DNA from: Rhynchobatus australiae
Taxonomy: Eukaryota
NCBI GenBank assembly: GCA_034780895.1
Contig: JAUZTB010000087.1
Coordinates: 48,662,741-48,726,740, forward strand
DNA length: 64,000 bases
Reading direction: 5' to 3'
This document shows, one piece after another, positions 11,064 to 23,212 of the stretch. The notes under the pieces were generated by a model, which worked only from the letters and a program-made list of their open reading frames with translations, did not search any database and was not told where the DNA came from. The translations under genes were made by a program, and so were the position numbers. Numbering within the stretch: position 1 is the stretch's first letter; each line of letters begins with the position of its first letter.

Positions 11064-13237
11064 AATGGATTACTGGAGCAAAAGGTCAGAATCGATCTGG
11101 CACTTCTTCAGAAACTTGGAAGAAATCCAAGTTGAGCACTATTTAGAAAGAAACACACAGTTTCATCATTGTGCATTGATTCCCATGTTGCTGGCCACAC
11201 TCTCACCCTCTGACTCCTGATCCCAGCCACACTCCAACCCCTGTCTCTCATTCCCTGCCATGCTCCAGCCCCCAGCTTCACACATGTCCCCCTTCCTGGC
11301 CAGGCACCAGCCACTGCCTCCTGATCCTGGCTGTGTTCCTGGCTACATTCCGGCACCCTGCTCCCTTGGGTCTTGCACTCAAGGTCAACACGAGGTGTCA
11401 CTAGCTCACAGGTCTTGCAATGAAGAGCGCTACTCTAGGGATGGAGCTCAATTTCCCCACAGTGAGAATGAGAGAAAGGGCGGCAAAACTGCCAGGTAGC
11501 AACAAAAGCTGTGTCTCAATGAAGACAACAGTTATCAGTGACTCATGTTTTTAAAACAGATCTTGAATAATGTTTCAACTGTTTCAAAACAATTTATTAT
11601 TTTCAACATTTCTAAGAGGCCTGTGAGAAAGCTAATAACTGATAATTTTGAAACAAAAAGAAACCTTCAAAATTGGAACAAAAATATAGAGAGCTTTTTT
11701 TTAACAAGATTAAAAGTCAAATCCAATTTTAATATATGCATCGAGAGGAGAGGGAATTAAAATCTGTGTTAAAAGTCTTCCAAAGCCTGTAAATAAAATA
11801 CTAAAACTAAGATCAAATTATTTCTGGGAATAAAACAGTGTGGCGAGCGGCTGAGAGAAAGATGCAGAGCATTCAACCCCCAGAGAGGTTAGATGGATTG
11901 GCTGGAGGCCAAGATAGACCAAATTATGGCCTGTTGGAGCAATGGGCTTGTTATACTGAATGGCTTTCTCTCATGCAATGCTTAGTTTTTGAACCTCAGT
12001 TTTTTTTTTCTCTCTCACATTTGTTTGACATTTTATTTTACTGTCTGGCTTCAGCTGCAGAAGAAGCGATGTTGAGGTTCTCTGGAGGAAGTGATCATAG
12101 ACTCACATCAGGATGGAAGCATTCTTGATTACCAGCCTCTCCTTTGTGCAGCTCTTGCTTGTCACAGGATTAGCAACCACAGCTGTTCAGAACTGAAATT
12201 AGTTTTCCACATTTATTGTTTACTTTGGCTTCCTAATGCAGAGCTTGGATTGTGCAACTCTAATAGCTTAAACAGTTACCAGATCACAGTGTAGAATGCC
12301 AACTAAGTCTTACAAAACCCTGGTGTTTCTTTTAAACAGCACCAGTATATTTTTTCAGACAAATGTTTATAAAATTAGACATATGTTGATTTCCCAACTG
12401 GCTAGTATTTTAAGGCACTGGATAACAGAATGAGAGNNNNNCAGATTCATTCACCAGCCCATTCTAGGGTAGTTAATCCAAGCTGGGGGCCAATAGATGT
12501 ATCATTCTTGTCCTGTGAATCATCTTGGGAAGTTCTTCTGCATTAAGATATTACAGAAATGCAAGCTGTATGTGCTCTGTCTTTGACAGATAACTGTTTG
12601 ACTGGCTTGATGAAGTATTAGGCTCTACGGATGCATCGATCAATCATTGGGAAGTATTTGCATCTCTCATCAATGCTTCAGTTGGCTATATGTTCTCCTC
12701 CCTGCATTTTCGAAAGTTATCATTTACATGCCATTGACAGATGCCAAGACTTGTCAGAGAATCATGAACCTTTGGATTTATCTGATTGTTAATTTCATTC
12801 AAACATGAAATACGACCTTACAGGAATCCATTGATCTTTGCACATTGTTCGCTCACTGCAGACTGACAGAGGACCACTGGTGAGATGTAAGCCAGCAACT
12901 GCTGCTGGAAGCAGAAATAAACATAGGGAGTTCTCCTAGTTTTACTGTTGAGGAATAGCTGATAAGATCATCTTCAGGTGATGGACTGCCTCCTTGAACA
13001 GTTACGATCCTTGTAGTGTTAGGTAGGGACTTCCAGATTTAGCTCCAAATGCGATTTATAGAATTACTGAAAACAATGAGTTTCCTAGCTTCCCTGTCAA
13101 AAATCAAGTTACAAAGTGCTGAAAGTGAACTTCCAAGTTCAATAAAACCAAAGGTATAATAATTGAGAATAAAGCCTTCTGTATGTAATAAACTGGATAT
13201 TTCTCTTAATTCACTTTTGGGATGTACATGTTGCTGA

Positions 13238-13560
13238 TATGGCAAGTAGAGCTGTTGTCTCCCAGCTCCAGCAACCCAGGTTCAATTCTGACCTGAGGTG
13301 CTTTCTATGTGGAGTTTGCATATTCTCCCTGCAACTTTGTGGGTTTCCTCCAGGGCTCCAGTTCCCAGCCACATCATGTACTGAGTTAATTAGTTATTGC
13401 AGATTACCACTGGTGGAAGTGGGTGGTAGGAGATTGAGGGTGGAGTTGATTGATATGTGAGTGTGAATAGCTGCAGGGAAATAAGAGGGGAGTGGGACTG
13501 ATGGGAATGCTCTCAAAGCTGACTTGATTGGCAAAGTGCCCTCCTTCTTAAAGAAATAAA
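13238..13560 (+). mobile_element. V-SINE-like SINE
   Basis: 'cagctccagcaacccaggttcaattctgacc' (B box) and core 'tgtggagtttgcatattctccc...gggtttcctcc'. Confidence 0.65.
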
Positions 13561-13564
13561 AGAT

Positions 13565-13812
13565 ACGAGTTGCTCTTGAGAAGATGGTGGTGAACTGTTT
13601 TCTTGAACTCCTGCAATCCATATCATGAAGGTATTCTCTGGGTTCTGTTAGGTAGGCAGTGACAGGACTTTTAACTCTGCAATGATGATGCAACAGTGAT
13701 CTATATCCAAGTCAGGTATGTGATTTAGGACTTGGATGGCATTCTAATTCACCTTTCACTGTTGTTCATCTTGATGGTTGAGGCTATGATTAGGGATGTG
13801 CTGTTGAAGAAG
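13565..13812 (-). mobile_element. 3' tail of a CR1-group LINE
   Basis: 'cttgagaagatggtggtgaactgttttcttgaac...tgttaggtagg' tail; a partial copy is at ~12975-13040. Confidence 0.45.
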
Positions 13813-15169
13813 CCTNNNNNNNNNNATTCTGTGAGTAGGACTCCCTGTAGCCAAGGTGGAGGGAGACGAGGCTTAAGCTGAATCCAGGTGGTGATATTTA
13901 CGTGGCCAGTTTCACTGCAGATTGCCAACTGCAGCCCAAGTGCAAGTATACTGTAAGGTTTAAAAGCAAAGACTGCCCAGTTAATTTATACTAGCAAGAG
14001 TTTTAGAATGAGGAGTGACTCCAGAGCCAAGATGGAGAGTTCAATTCAAATCCCGCTCAAAAGGAGATTATTGAGGTAGGAAATGATGCTGGTGGTACCT
14101 TTGGAAGCTGTTGACTGTCAGTTGTTCATTGTTCAGACCGTGCGAATGCACTGAAATATGATATGAGCTGCAAGCCAGATGCTTGTGTATCTAAAGTCCC
14201 ACTCATCCAACAGACTAGTCCTTAAGACCATCGGTGAAACATGGAGGAGAGGAACTGGCTGCACTTCACATTTTCACACAAACTAAACACCCATCCACCC
14301 ATGACCCCCACTTTACATTGAGAATCTGACATATGGAGCATAATCCCATTCACTGTGGAAGAAAGTTAGCAGCTGAGATACTTTATTTTTATTTGTTGCT
14401 TTTAATAATATGTTAATGCTTTAATGAGTTTTTCATTGAGAAGACAAAATATTTATGGAATGCATTTAACTGATTGCACAGAGGAATAACTGACCCTTAT
14501 AGTACAACGTTGTCATGAATCTATTTCAGAATAAAATATCCTGGGTCAACACTGTTAACCTCACCTCCTTGGGAACTGTGTTTACGTTAGGGAGAAGTGT
14601 ATGAGGCATATCTTCTGATGATCTGACTACAGTTACTCCTGAACTGGCTTTTCTTATGGGAAGATGAGCAAACGGGCCAGCTTGTTCCTCTGCCAAACTT
14701 CCTGCCAATCCAGCAAGGGTTCTATTGCAATGCTGACTTCTCCACAGAGTTCAGCTTCACAGTAAAATCTCCTGGCACTTGTGTTGGTGGTGACCCTGTC
14801 TGTGGCAATCGAGGCTTGCCTACATGAGTTCGGACTGCTGTCTGATGTTGTTACTATTGTTGTTCCTAATTTGTGATAGAAAGGATTGCCAGAGCTGTTT
14901 CTTAATTAACTTTTCAAATCAACAGATTCAAATCTGTGGTTTACATTGTGTTTTCTTTCAAACTGTAGGCCATATGCCATTGGTTTCTACATGGTGTAGA
15001 GTGTAATAGTGACTAATGGGTACAAGTGCAAATTGTATATCCTATAGTAAGTAAAATAATATACAATATTGATTCCTATTTATTGCAGTATCAAAATTAA
15101 ATGCACAAAACTGTAGTTCTAAATGTTTTTAATATTTGTACAATATATTTTTTAATAAACTCCAACAGT

Positions 15170-15612
15170 TACAAATTTACGAGGATGTTGCCAGGACTAG
15201 AAAATTGTAGCTATGAGGAGAGATCGGATAAGATGGGGTTGCTTCTTTAGCAACAGAGGAGGCTGTGGGTAGAGTTAAACATGGTTTCTAAATTATGAGG
15301 AGCCATATTAGATTAAATAAGAAGAACTAGTTCCCTTTGGCATGTGGTTTCAAGTAATTGGTAAAAAGATTAGAGGAGGAATGAAGAAACGTATTTTCAC
15401 CCAGAGGAAGATGAGGGTCTGGAACTCATGGCCTGAAAGGGAGTTGGAGGTGAAAACCATTATCATATTTAAAAAGTGCCTGGATATGCATTGAAAAACT
15501 ATGGCAAGGATCAAAGGCTGGAAAGTGGGATTAATTTGAGTCACTTTTTTTCAATGAGCAGATTAACGACGGGTCTAACGGTCTCCTTGTGTGTTGGAAA
15601 TTTCCTATGATC
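15170..15612 (+). mobile_element. CR1 3' end
   Basis: 'tttacgaggatgttgccaggactag...gctatgaggagag' (FTRMLPGL...YEER), 'ttttcacccagagg' and tail. Confidence 0.75.
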
Positions 15613-16257
15613 CGATAATTTCAGTAAATTTAATGGAGCTAATTACATTTGAAGTTGGCGTATCCCGCTACGAAGGAAATCCAGGTCATTATGTCAGATT
15701 AGTGAAGATTTTAGCAGTGATTAGTTTCATTTTATTCTCAGGGGCACAAAACAATGTCAGCTGTGCCAGCTTCCCTGAACAGCTTGTACCTTATGTTTTA
15801 AGGTGGTAGTGAGCAACAGTGGTTTCCCTCCACTAGATTAGTTGCCCCATAGTACCAGAAAGGTAACTGCTAGAATTCTATTGTGATTTGTAGCCCATTG
15901 TCCGCATTGGGTTGGGAGAAAGTTAACAGCCAAGCCTGGGATGGAGAACTGTACCATCCTGCACTCCAGTCCCCTCTTGGGAACTGGATCTTATGGGATC
16001 TGAGGGAGCAGTTTATCTGGGGGTGGTTGGGAGCTCATTGACTGTCAATGCCATTCAAAGGTCAGGTTGGCCCTTTCAGGTTGGAAAGGCCCTGCACTGG
16101 ACACACCTCCTCAATCCCCAGGAGATTCTTCTCCCCGCAGGAAACTGGATCCAGGAATGCACTAGAAGAAACAGGGTTCTCCCAATGGTGTGTGACTGGA
16201 AAGCTCTATCAACTCGGTCAGTAGTTCAACATACAGGAAATGATTCACCAGGGAAAA

Positions 16258-16534
16258 GATATTTTTTATATTCAGAAATATATGTTATTCATAATTTATA
16301 GAGTAAATACATCCACTAGACATGTGTCATGGTTCTGAGTACTGACCCTTGAATTGGCTCCTTAGATGCCTCGTTGTCCAGCACATGGATTCCATGCTGG
16401 ACTGTTTGCATAATGACACACACTGGAGCCCCATCAGGGGTCCAGCATAAGTACCTGGGGTTTCTCTAGCACTAGTTGCCAGAGTATTGGTCAACCTTTG
16501 GCTCCTGGCTGCTTAGAGTGGTCTACTCTAGAGC
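16258..16534 (-). mobile_element. Possible L1/Tx1-like 3' end
   Basis: Minus strand ends 'ttatgaataacatatatttctgaatataaaaaat' (polyA signal-like plus A-rich tail); the rest runs into a gap. Confidence 0.3.
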
Positions 16535-17019
16535 NNNNNNNNNNNNNNNNNNNNNNNNNNNNNNNNNNNNNNNNNNNNNNNNNNNNNNNNNNNNNNNNNN
16601 NNNNNNNNNNNNNNNNNNNNNNNNNNNNNNNNNNNNNNNNNNNNNNNNNNNNNNNNNNNNNNNNNNNNNNNNNNNNNNNNNNNNNNNNNNNNNNNNNNNN
16701 NNNNNNNNNNNNNNNNNNNNNNNNNNNNNNNNNNNNNNNNNNNNNNNNNNNNNNNNNNNNNNNNNNNNNNNNNNNNNNNNNNNNNNNNNNNNNNNNNNNN
16801 NNNNNNNNNNNNNNNNNNNNNNNNNNNNNNNNNNNNNNNNNNNNNNNNNNNNNNNNNNNNNNNNNNNNNNNNNNNNNNNNNNNNNNNNNNNNNNNNNNNN
16901 NNNNNNNNNNNNNNNNNNNNNNNNNNNNNNNNNNNNNNNNNNNNNNNNNNNNNNNNNNNNNNNNNNNNNNNGAAGAGTGAGGATCCGTTGTACTTACAGG
17001 TGTTGACACCACCAACTCT

Positions 17020-17540
17020 TACTTGCATTTTAATAGCAAATCTAATGGAGCAAAACTTCCTAAGAAGTTACACAAGAGTTTCATCAAACAAAGGAGATAT
17101 AAGGGCAGATGACCGAATGCTTAGTTAAAGTAGATTGTATGGAAAAGTTTACTGATGTTTAGCGAGGCAAAGGCTTTTAGGAATTCCAGAGCTTAGGAGC
17201 AAAACTAAAAATGTTCTAGAAGCCAAAATTGGAGGAATGCCAATATTTTAGGGTGTTGTCAGGCCATTGATTAAAGTAGGGGAAGGATGAGGCCATGCAG
17301 GAGTTTGAAAATAAAGATGAGAATTGTAACATCAAGTTCTTGTTTAATCAGAAACGATCATAGGTTATCAACCATGGGTAATACGTTTGCAGGACTTGGA
17401 ACAAGTTAAGAGTGGACACCAGAGTTTAGCATAGTCATGTGTTTAGAGGATAAATCAAGAGATGCTGGCCAGGAGTTCTTTACAATTGTCAAGTCTTGAG
17501 TTAAGAAGAGTGTGGGTGGGAGATTCAATGTAATTAATGT
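17020..17540 (-). mobile_element. Degenerate L2-type LINE 3' region
   Basis: 'acttgcatttt', 'ggaattccagagcttagg', 'gaggccatgcaggagtttgaaaataaagatgagaatt'. Confidence 0.5.
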
Positions 17541-18449
17541 GAATCAGCGAGAGTTAGATAATGTTGCTGAGACAGAAATGGAGGCCAGACCCAAACGGAA
17601 ATGCTGGAGATTGCAGATTAGTTTGCTGTCGATGGTGTGAACGGCTAAGGAAGTCATTGATAAACAAGCATGAGGCTGTAAAATCAAAAGGATTACATTT
17701 GGAATTTCTATTGCTGACTACAAAGCCACCCCACAGAGCATTAATCTGTAACTAATATTTTCCTACATTAGGGGCCTCAGGATGCTTGAATGCCTGTTGA
17801 CATGTAATTCATCACAGAATAAGCAATGAAATAGGTTAGACCAGTGGTGGTCCCAGCCCTGCTGATCTCCCAAGTTGAAAGCAGCTCAATTGCTTTCCTC
17901 TGTGGGTTTGTAACCAGCAGGCAGCTGCTCCTGTGATGGAAGGCAAATGAATCACTAATAGTAGATTGGGTCTTATTATTCCTCTCACTTAACACTGTTC
18001 TTTGTGCCACATATTGGTGCAATGTGGTTACCACTGGCAACTCCTGTCCTCACTCTGCTATTCTCCTTAGATGTCACAAGAGCATTGAAAAGGCGGGCTG
18101 TGGAATGTGTATGTAGGGACGATCCAACCCAATGAGGTGGTGCCCCAACCTTAACTCTCAATCGCAGCCAGTAATTGCAAAGGGGAAAACAGCACTTAAA
18201 CAATGGCTTTAATGTAAGGAAATGTCCGAAAACAATTTGCAGGAGAGTTATTAAACAAAATTGAGCTACACAAGGAAATATTAAGAAGCTTCATCAGAGG
18301 TAGGTTTTCAGGACTATTTTAAAGGCAGAAGGAACAATGAAGAGGTTGATGGAGTAAAATCCAGAGCAAAGGACCTTTGCTGGTGAAGGCAAGGCTACTA
18401 ATGGAAGGGTTGGAGGAGTGGACCTGGGTGGAGGTGGGAGACGAGGGCT

Positions 18450-18880
18450 TATGTCTCACAGCTCCAGCATCCCAACTTTGATCCTGACCTCCGGTGCTGC
18501 GTGTGTGTGGAGTTTGCACATNNNNNNNNNNNNNNNNNNNNNNNNNNNNNNNNNNNNNNNNNNNNNNNNNNNNNNNNNNNNNNNNNNNNNNNNNNNNNNN
18601 NNNNNNNNNNNNNNNNNNNNNTGCGTGTGTGTGGAGTTTGCACATTCGGTCAGTGACTTAATGGAACTTACCAGCTGCTCTGGTTTCTACTCACATCCTA
18701 GAGCTGTGCTGGTTGGTGGGTTAATTGGTTACCATGACACTGAGAAGGTGGAGAATCAGGACAGAGTTATTGGGCATGTTAGAGAAATTAAGTCACAGAA
18801 ATAAATAAAGGAATGGGTTTGCTCTGTGAGCTGGCATGGATTTGATGGGCTGAATGGATTTCTTCTCTGTCATAAGGAAA
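18450..18880 (+). mobile_element. V-SINE-like SINE (gap with duplicated flank inside)
   Basis: 'ctcacagctccagc...gatcctgacctccggtgctg...gtggagtttgcacat' and tail 'gatgggctgaatgg'. Confidence 0.65.
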
Positions 18881-19039
18881 TATAAGATTAATTCAATAAG
18901 AGAACAGGAAGAGTGCAGAAGAGCAGAGTATGTCTACCTAGTATCAGGTTAACGATTGAGTCCAGTTAACTGGATAACCATTACAATTCAAAATAAGGTT
19001 CCATCTACCTTCAGAATTATTTCAATCCTTTTTCTCCAG

Positions 19040-19232
19040 AGAGGATTGGGAAAAAAAGTTTAATCCCAGTTGGTACAGAAGGAGTCAATCCTTCTCTGAC
19101 ATGGCATTGTACAGATTAGTCCCAGTTTATATTGAAAGGATTATTTCCTCTTGGAACTCAAGAGGGGTTTCTCCTTCAGCATCCACTTCATGCTAAGGAG
19201 TGAGTCCCACTTAGCATTGAAGGGGTTATTCT
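19040..19232. repeat. Degenerate minisatellite (~23-nt motif)
   Basis: 'aatcccagttggtacagaagg', 'agtcccagtttatattgaaagg', 'agtcccacttagcattgaagggg'. Confidence 0.35.
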
Positions 19233-21139
19233 GACACTGTGTTGCGGTGTATTGAGACAGTAGACGGTAGATTTATTTATGGAGAGATTGAGTTTGCAAC
19301 ATGACAGATTGTCACTCAGTCTTATTCACTGCATTCTCCAAGCCTGTTTGCAAGCAAGATCGACATCCTGAGGAGTGACAACTGGTATTTGCTTTTCTAA
19401 TGCTTGGTTCTCAGAGATGGCAAGGCAAGGAAAGACTATTCTCCTTCATTTACATTTTATAGTTGAAATAAAATCCATTATTTAATGCTATCGCTAATTT
19501 TTGTTAACCTTTATGTGATGCATAATTTAACAGGCAGCATTATCCTGGTAATTCGTCTTTACAAGGAAGATGCAAAAATGTAATCATATGTAGAATTACA
19601 AACTCATATGAGAAGTAGTGTCTGCATGGAACAATGGGTTTGATGGGCTTTGACTGCAAGTTCACATTATATGCACTTCTGCTTACTGTTAAACTTTTCA
19701 ACTAGCTTGCATTTGCCTCTCCTTTCTACAAGGGCACATCTCACTGGTGTTTGCGTATTTGCATCTTATTGTTTTCGCTTGTGCTGTTCGATAATTAGCC
19801 TTCTAGACTAAGATCCATGCTTCAACATTCCTTGCAGTTCCATGCTTGCTGAAAAATACTATATATTACACAGAATATAGTATCCTAGTGATTTATATAG
19901 ATATATTAAATATACTTAACAACCTTGTCCGTTACAATAAGATAACATTGCTATTTCTTCTTTTTAATACTTTTTCTCTTGGATGATTTATTTTAAACTT
20001 AAAAGCTATTCCCCATTTTAACTAGAGTGGTAAAATGTTACACCTCCATTTTATTGNNNNNNNNNNNNNNNNNNNNNNNNNNNNNNNNNNNNNNNNNNNN
20101 NNNNNNNNNNNNNNNNNNNNNNNNNNNNNNNNNNNNNNNNNNNNNNNNNNNNNNNNATTGACTTGGTCGTAATCATTGCTTCCAGTGATGAGCTGGTGCA
20201 CTATTTTAATAACATGATGTTTGTTCTTCCAATTACTAGAAAAGTTATACTCAGTTCTGCTGTTTGTCCTGATGTTGTTGCTGTCAGTGGTTCCAGTTCC
20301 ATCAGTTCTGATGCAGACTGGAGGGGGGATTCAATGCCATCTCATCTGTTGACCTGTCTCAGTCTTGATGATATACAATCTTGGGATATTGGCTCCTTTG
20401 ATGACCTTATCTTTGTTCCACATTTTCATAATTGGATCTTGTAGATAGGCTGCATGTCCTCTTGGGTGATGATATCACATCGTCCTTGTAGTGTTGGCGT
20501 CCTTTCATATGTGCATCTATCATTTCAGTCTTGTATTTTCTGTCATTCAGTAGCTTGGCTCGCCATTTCCCTCTGCATTTGATCTTCTTGACCGTTTAGA
20601 CAGGTTTCAATGAACTTTGTCCTCTTGGATGATATGGTGCTGAGGTCACAATGATAAACTGGCATTTCCCTGTGCGCTCTCTAAGTTCCCTCAAGGTGAA
20701 TTGAATTTTGTTACCAGACTCCCATGTTTTACAAAAAAAAGGCTTCTCACTGTTAAGCGTATTTTTGCCACTCTTAAATCTTGCATTCTTCTGATTCGTG
20801 GGAGCATGGAGCAGACATCTACAATGAGATGCTATTGTTGCTTGTCTGTGAACAAATTAGTTTCCATTGTCTACTGGAGCCTTGGTGGTATCCCAGCAGC
20901 CATCATCTTTCTGTTGTGTATTTCTCTGTGGCTGGCATACTGTGCATAAAACACTCTTCTTTGTGTATCTTTGTAGATGTCATTTCAAGTATACAGCTGA
21001 CCTAGCTGTCGGTTTGCATTTCTCTGTACCTATGTGGCCTTATTGCATATTCTGAAGTGGATATTGCAAATTTTAGAACACCATTCTCCAATGAGATATT
21101 ATTTCTGATTGTCCAATAGCAACATCTTACTGGCTATGC

Positions 21140-21226
21140 TAAAAACAAAACATGCTGGTCAGGCAGCATTCATGGAAAGAGAAACAGAGTGAATGCTTCA
21201 AGCTGGTGATGTTTCATCAAAACTGA
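21140..21226 (-). mobile_element. Penelope-like terminal fragment inside gypsy pol
   Basis: 'ggtcaggcagcattcatggaaagagaaacagag...tttcatcaaaactg' matches the other PLE-like copies. Confidence 0.6.
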
Positions 21227-21914
21227 GCACTGCAATACCATTCCGGCCTACTCGAAGGCTAAATTGTAGATATTTAAATTGGGATCATCCAAATGGTGTG
21301 GTAGGTGTTGTTGGCAGTGAAGACTCTTCACTTAGCTTCATAATCCAGTACCCGTTTCTGGCATTGAGTTTATTGAATATATTGGTCTCTGCCAATGCTG
21401 GCTTGATTTCTTCCAGATTTGGGGTTGGATAGTGATCCCTTTTGACTGCTTGATTCAGACCATTTTGGTCTAACCATATCCTTAGTTATCCATATGTTCT
21501 CTCAGCACAATGGAATTCATCTAGTCTGTAGTTTTAGTGAATTTAGCCAGCTTTTGGAGTTCCTTTCAGGCTTCCTCTTCAGCTTAATTGGTTCCATAAA
21601 TTGCAGATGTATTATTGGTTTAGCTTGAGGATCAGTAGTGATATGATATCAACATTTTCAAATCATCCAATAGTTTGGTTTACGTCTACTTTGCTTCTCA
21701 ATTGGCATTGTACTTTCAATTTTCATTGTTGTATTGCCCACTTCCTGGTTAATTGAGATCAACTATGGTTCTTTACAACTTCTCATACTCAGGATAGCAG
21801 GTCCTTCTGTTTCTGTGACATACAACATGCAGTTAACGTCATGCCCTTCGTGCATGCCACCGTTGGGTTGTCCAAGTTTTGGAATTCTACCTTTTCCAAG
21901 CATTGCCAGTATGA

Positions 21915-22013
21915 TCCAAAAAGAAGATTCAGGGAGAACTCAGTGGGTCAGACAGCATCTATGGAGGGAAATGAACAGCCAACATTATGAGCCAAGACCT
22001 TTCATCTGGACTG
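21915..22013 (-). mobile_element. Penelope-like terminal fragment inside gypsy protease region
   Basis: 'aactcagtgggtcagacagcatctatggagggaaatgaacagcc...ttcatctggactg'. Confidence 0.65.
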
Positions 22014-23200
22014 ATGTTGTTTTGTTTCAAGACATTATATTTAGTATACCCATCTTTGTTCAGGTTTTCAGGGAAGACCTTCTAGTAAAACCAGTCAGAT
22101 GATGTTACTTTAAGTTTCGGTATCCAGATTTTAGCATTAGGTTTACAGTGGTGGGTTTGCTTCTTATGCCTGTTCGGATCTGGGTGGAGAGGAATGGGAA
22201 TGTTGAATGTAATTCCTCTGATAACTGCCACACATAATCACTCTATGTATATGTATTGTTCCAATATTTAGTCCGTGCTTGGACTCTACATTTTCCACAA
22301 TACAGATGTTCTAGTTTTGAATCTTTTGTACTGATTTTTTGCTCTTGTTCCTCCATGTTCTCAATATGTTTTCCTTTTTTGATTTGCACATCCTTTCCCA
22401 ATGTTTGAGCTTGCTACAAAACCTGCAGATTGATCCACATGTAAGGCACGTGCTTCTCTCTGTGAGTTCATCTAGTCATCTACATCTGCTCTACAGCCTT
22501 CTTTTAATCAGCTTTTTATTCTTTTGATTCTGTTACTGAATTGCGTCACCATTGTTTTCTTTCCCATGACTGTTCAGGATGTAGGATGCTTGAGTATTTC
22601 AGCATTTCCATTGGTCTTCTTGCAGCTTCCTGTGCTGTTACTGTGTCTATAGTTTGTACCACAGTGGACTTTACCTTACTGATTAAAGAAATCTGCATGT
22701 TTGAGTATATGAGTTGGTCCACTACGTTTTACCTATTTCCCTCAGTCTACCTTACTAGCTGTGCTTCTAGGTCCTGGAAAGAAATCATCAACAATTGCCT
22801 CAGGATTCAGAATTTGTATCCATATATCCAGTCACTCAATCACAGCCTGAAATATGCACTGAAAATTTCCACCATCGCATCAGGAGTTTTACTTTTGTCC
22901 TCGCACATTTCTCAAGCGCTGAAAAGATCTAATCCTTTCTCTTCTGTCCACAAAAGGATATAACTGGCATTGTCTTCATTATTCATACTTTTCAGAAAAC
23001 TACTGAAGGTCAGCTTTTTAAAAAAGTTTTCTGGACACCTCCATAACATCACCGGCTTCCCAGTCCATTATGGGTTGCTGTCATGAAGAGATTGTATCTA
23101 TTTTTCATCCACAGTCACCATAAGCTAGATTTGATTTATGTTTAATTCGGCATTCACGTGGTTCATGTAGCAGAGATTTCTATCACTTTTATTCATTTAA

Positions 23201-23212
23201 CCACTGCTACCA
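23201..23212 (-). other. Primer-binding site (tRNA-iMet) of the gypsy element
   Basis: Minus strand '...CA TGGTAGCAGTGG' is 11/12 identical to TGGTAGCAGAGG, the complement of the vertebrate initiator tRNA-Met 3' end, and lies just upstream of gag. Confidence 0.6.

Larger units (their letters stand above)
20160..23212 (-). mobile_element. Decayed Ty3/gypsy LTR retrotransposon internal region (gag-PR-RT-IN)
   Basis: Manual minus-strand translation: gag 'PIMDWEAGDV...SYILLWTEEKGLDLF', Zn knuckle 'CRFCSKLKHWERMC' (~22385-22428), protease-like 'LDTET*SNI...YVTETEGPAIL', RT 'LRIWLDQNGLNQAVKRDHYPTPNLEEI...FNKLNARNGYWIMKLSEESSLPTTPTTPFG', integrase 'GHIGTEKCK...CTVCQ'. The domain order is gypsy-type. 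Confidence 0.85.
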
